Virus record (IMG/VR): IMGVR_UViG_3300022666_000217
Location: 1-49,490 of that record
DNA length: 49,490 bases
Direction: 5' to 3' (one strand)
From: a virus
Lineage: Duplodnaviria > Caudoviricetes
Numbering within the stretch: position 1 is the stretch's first letter; the number at the start of each line of letters is the position of its first letter. The translations under genes were made by a program, and so were the position numbers. Below are positions 46,536 to 49,490 of the stretch, one piece after another. The notes beneath the pieces were generated by a model. That model saw nothing but the letters and a program-made list of their open reading frames with translations. It searched no databases and was not told where the DNA came from.

Positions 46536-46944
46536 CTCTTTCCTTTCTATCCTGGAGCTTAACCTTATTCTTCAAAGCTGCATCTCCAAGGCTGATTCCG
46601 AGCTCACGACACACTCGAGCCAGGCCATAGAGGGTGTCGCCAATCTCATCAGAGATCGCTTGGATTCTAGTCTGTGTGATATTCCCGTCGTCGTCTCGTA
46701 GTATTTTCTTAACCTGGCCAAGTATCTCTCCAGCTTCATTCGCTGTTTCTGTAGCAGCGTAGAATAGACGAAGGAGGTTCGCTACTTTCCAGGGGCTATT
46801 CTCCAGAGCCAATGCGTTGGCAGCTGAGGTATACACAGCTGTGCAATCGGTGGTTAGACTGTAGAGGTCGAAGTCATTGAGTGTACCTCCACCAGCTACC
46901 CGTGGCGTTCCTTCTTCTGGACAACTTCTTTGCATAGTGGTCAT
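46504..46944 (-). CDS. MazG-like nucleotide pyrophosphohydrolase
   Basis: EAGEILGQVKKILRD, DEIGDTLY, KLQDRKERGVLHGSGDNR. Confidence 0.9.
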   Translation of the reverse strand: MTTMQRSCPEEGTPRVAGGGTLNDFDLYSLTTDCTAVYTSAANALALENSPWKVANLLRLFYAATETANEAGEILGQVKKILRDDDGNITQTRIQAISDEIGDTLYGLARVCRELGISLGDAALKNKVKLQDRKERGVLHGSGDNR

Positions 46945-47738
46945 AGTCTATCCTCATGTGGCAAACCTGCCTTTGCAAGCAGGGCCTTGATATTCGGGAC
47001 TTCGATAGGAGAAAACTTCCCTGATCCTATCCTCGTCTTAGCCTTGTATATTCCGTCATTAGCAGTAAGGAGACTATACTCCTGCTTCTTACCGTCATTC
47101 TTGCTCTGTGTTACCCAGAGCTCGTCGAAGATCAGAGGAAAGCGCACCTTCATCTTACCTGTGATCATCAGGGCAGTGCTTGTCTTACCAGTTATCTCAT
47201 CCCGCTCTGTTTCTGCATGTCCTAGGACGAAGACATCGCAGGGCAGATCGGCCAGGTCTTTGAGAATATCCTTGAGCGTATTGCCGAGGATCATGTAGTC
47301 CTGCAGTTGAGGCACCTGGGCTGCCCTCTTCTGCTTGGCGAGGATACTGTTCATCAAGGCATCGCTCATGCTTGTTATACTGTCGATAGCGTAGGCACCG
47401 AGGCTGTCGAATACCTTCTTTGCCTTGAGCTTATTATATTCCTGTTCCCAAAGCTCATAGGCAGTCGGAGCCTTGCTTTGCTCCACCTCGAATCTGATGT
47501 CGGGATATACTCTTCCCTTTGCGATCTCTGACTCGAGAACCCTGGTTCCACCCTGGTCGAAACTGTGTACAAGGATTGGAGCCCTTGCCGTTCCTAGTAG
47601 AGTGGTCTTGCCCGTGCCAGCGTCCCCGTAGACTATTGCTTTTACCGAGGTGGTTTTTGCCGTGGCCCTGTACCTGTCGAGTACTTCTCCAAGTACAGCC
47701 TTTAGGTCGGGTAGCTGAGCTACTTTGTCTGCGGTCAT
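46941..47738 (-). CDS. Sak4-like AAA ATPase (single-strand annealing/recombination)
   Basis: IVYGDAGTGKT, AIDSIT, VLGH, AKTR. Confidence 0.8.
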   Translation of the reverse strand: MTADKVAQLPDLKAVLGEVLDRYRATAKTTSVKAIVYGDAGTGKTTLLGTARAPILVHSFDQGGTRVLESEIAKGRVYPDIRFEVEQSKAPTAYELWEQEYNKLKAKKVFDSLGAYAIDSITSMSDALMNSILAKQKRAAQVPQLQDYMILGNTLKDILKDLADLPCDVFVLGHAETERDEITGKTSTALMITGKMKVRFPLIFDELWVTQSKNDGKKQEYSLLTANDGIYKAKTRIGSGKFSPIEVPNIKALLAKAGLPHEDRL

Positions 47739-48694
47739 TTCTCGTCCTTTCTTTCCTGAAGTTTAGAATCGTGCATCACGTACTTCGCTGTCTTCTCGAA
47801 CTCTCTAGGGTCCCAATATTCCTCCTTAAATCCCACTGGTATTATCTTCTCACTCTGTCTGAGTGGATTTGCCCAACTAGTGCACAGGTCATGGTAAGGA
47901 CAGCCGAAGTACTTCGTGCAGGATTCCGTATTCATAGGGAAGGCTGTCATTACTATATCTGTGGTCTTCACCTTCTGCAGATTGATAAACTCCTGCTTAA
48001 ACCAGTTGATCCAGAATCTCACGTTGGCTAACCACTGCTGCATATCCGAGAGACTCTTCTTAATCTTGAGCCGTAGGAAGTCGACGGTTGAGCTCGCGCT
48101 ACGCCCGAAGAATGTGCCGGATACTATGACACCTTCTATCTCCTCGGGAGGGGCTAAGCAGTGGAGGACATGCATGTAGGTCCCGATCTGTGTCTTAAGC
48201 TGCCACTGATCTACCCACTGTCGACTCTGTGAAGAGCCTGTCTTGTGCTCAAGACAGAATATCTTACCAGCCTTGTTTCTCAGAATTGCGTCTATCTTAA
48301 ACTGCATGTCCTGTTCCTCAGAGATGGGAACTTTTCCTGCTACCTCAGTATAGAGAACTTGGTTCTCATTATTATCATTATACCTGGTAGTATAGTCGCA
48401 CAGGGCTAATAGAGCATTATTAGGGTTCTTGGCTTTGTGCAGTTCATCTGTATCCTCGGAGAAGGTCTTTCGATACTCTGCTAGGAATAGCTCATGAGCC
48501 TTGGCTATACTGTCAGGGCTGGTTCCGTGGATTAGAAGGTGCTCTAGAGCTATGTGCCAACTACTGCCGAATACAAGGTCGTGGTTCGCTTCCTCTGGAC
48601 GCCAACCTAGAGCATATCGGTAGAAGGCTTTTCTAGGACAGTCCATGAAGTCCTGGAGCATAGTACTGTCTACGTATTCTAAAGTGGTTCTCAT
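47735..48694 (-). CDS. Cas4/RecB-like PD-(D/E)XK exonuclease with four Cys
   Basis: DCPRK, FGSSWH, KIDAI, EHKT, QIGTY, CTKYFGCPYHDLC. Confidence 0.85.
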   Translation of the reverse strand: MRTTLEYVDSTMLQDFMDCPRKAFYRYALGWRPEEANHDLVFGSSWHIALEHLLIHGTSPDSIAKAHELFLAEYRKTFSEDTDELHKAKNPNNALLALCDYTTRYNDNNENQVLYTEVAGKVPISEEQDMQFKIDAILRNKAGKIFCLEHKTGSSQSRQWVDQWQLKTQIGTYMHVLHCLAPPEEIEGVIVSGTFFGRSASSTVDFLRLKIKKSLSDMQQWLANVRFWINWFKQEFINLQKVKTTDIVMTAFPMNTESCTKYFGCPYHDLCTSWANPLRQSEKIIPVGFKEEYWDPREFEKTAKYVMHDSKLQERKDEK

Positions 48695-49110
48695 TAGTCT
48701 TCCCTCTTCTCTATAGTTACTCGGACCTGATCCTTATCCTTGATGTCGAGTCCAGTATAGGTGATGAAGTCGAGGTCGATTACTTTATTCGTCCACCGAG
48801 CCGGACCCCAGTCTATTGGCTTTACTGTGTAGACCTTTCCAGTCCTTTTATTCATAACCTTCACCTGACATTTATTACGCAGCCAGTTCTTTACTGCTCC
48901 TCGACTTCGCAGGCCAAGCTCCTTCTGCAGGGCTGAGTATCTCCATCGCATAGCACAGTAGCCTGTCTGAGGAATACCTGAGTCTGGCCTATACAGAGCG
49001 CTTTTAACTGTCGCTTGGAAATAGCTGGCCTTGCCTTCCACCACTTGACTAGCCGAGGTTATCTCCGCAGCCGTTGCTATATTGACTATTAAGGTCAGTA
49101 GGTTCGGCAT
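48694..49110 (-). CDS. RlpA-like double-psi beta-barrel protein (putative lytic transglycosylase)
   Basis: GKASY, CAMR, VKVMNKRTGK, IDWGP, VIDL motifs. Confidence 0.7.
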   Translation of the reverse strand: MPNLLTLIVNIATAAEITSASQVVEGKASYFQATVKSALYRPDSGIPQTGYCAMRWRYSALQKELGLRSRGAVKNWLRNKCQVKVMNKRTGKVYTVKPIDWGPARWTNKVIDLDFITYTGLDIKDKDQVRVTIEKRED

Positions 49111-49490
49111 TGGTTGAGCTCCTCGTCGGTCAGGAATCGACCCTTCTCCAGCATCTGGATATCGCGCTTCGCACGACTTTTAGTATCTCTGTACCACTTG
49201 CTTCTTCTCAGATTTATGCATACCTGTGTCCAGTTTCCTTCCTTCATTAGCTGGATACTGTTCTTGAAGCTGAGGAAGCCTCTCTTCGAGTCTCCAAGTC
49301 CCATGTTGAAGATCATGTCAGTTATTACAAACCTCTGGATATCCGTGAAGAAGGGCCACTTAGTGGGGAAGACTTCATGGATGGCTAAGTCCTTAGCCCT
49401 TTCCCACAGGATTTCAAGTTGGTGCGCAGCAGCAGCTCGTGTAATTCCTGTCTTCGATAAGATAGGTCTTACCCAGTCAGGAGGAATACC
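49095..49490 (-). CDS. T4-type lysozyme (GH24) endolysin, 5' truncated
   Basis: Frame open to the window end; DMIFNMG...FKNSIQLMKEGNWTQVCINLRRSKWYRDTKSRAKR closely matches the T4 lysozyme C-terminal lobe. Confidence 0.88.
   Translation of the reverse strand, partial: GIPPDWVRPILSKTGITRAAAAHQLEILWERAKDLAIHEVFPTKWPFFTDIQRFVITDMIFNMGLGDSKRGFLSFKNSIQLMKEGNWTQVCINLRRSKWYRDTKSRAKRDIQMLEKGRFLTDEELNQCRTY

Noticed and set aside
1-49490. Complete circular genome, prophage, or stop-codon recoding
   Set aside because: The two ends cut different genes and do not join; no integrase, att site or host genes are seen; the standard code gives dense, full-length genes

Overview
This window is most of a lytic, podovirus-like dsDNA tailed phage genome; both ends cut through a gene. 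It has three blocks. (1) 1-5457 (- strand): small early genes and an ATP-dependent DNA ligase. A repeat-rich, largely non-coding divergent region (4570-4980, 5460-6350) is the likely origin/packaging region. (2) 6351-39962 (+ strand): small and large terminase, a 2207-aa tail fibre, a cassette of signal-peptide LamG/lipoprotein genes, portal, scaffold, decoration proteins, major capsid, tail adaptor/nozzle proteins and ejection proteins, including a 2098-aa protein with an ADP-ribosyltransferase-like domain. (3) 39995-49490 (- strand): helicase-like ATPase, UDG-PolA fusion, ParB-methyltransferase fusion, SSB, MazG, Sak4-like ATPase, Cas4-like nuclease, RlpA-like protein and T4-type lysozyme. 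The most striking unexplained signal is a 17-bp palindrome, TGTAAGA-WWW-TCTTACA, found 11 times at gene or module boundaries. It often follows a GC hairpin and precedes an RBS, and it fits the TnrA/GlnR box consensus. No integrase, tRNA, CRISPR array or reverse transcriptase was seen. All protein calls come from motif recognition by eye, not database searches.
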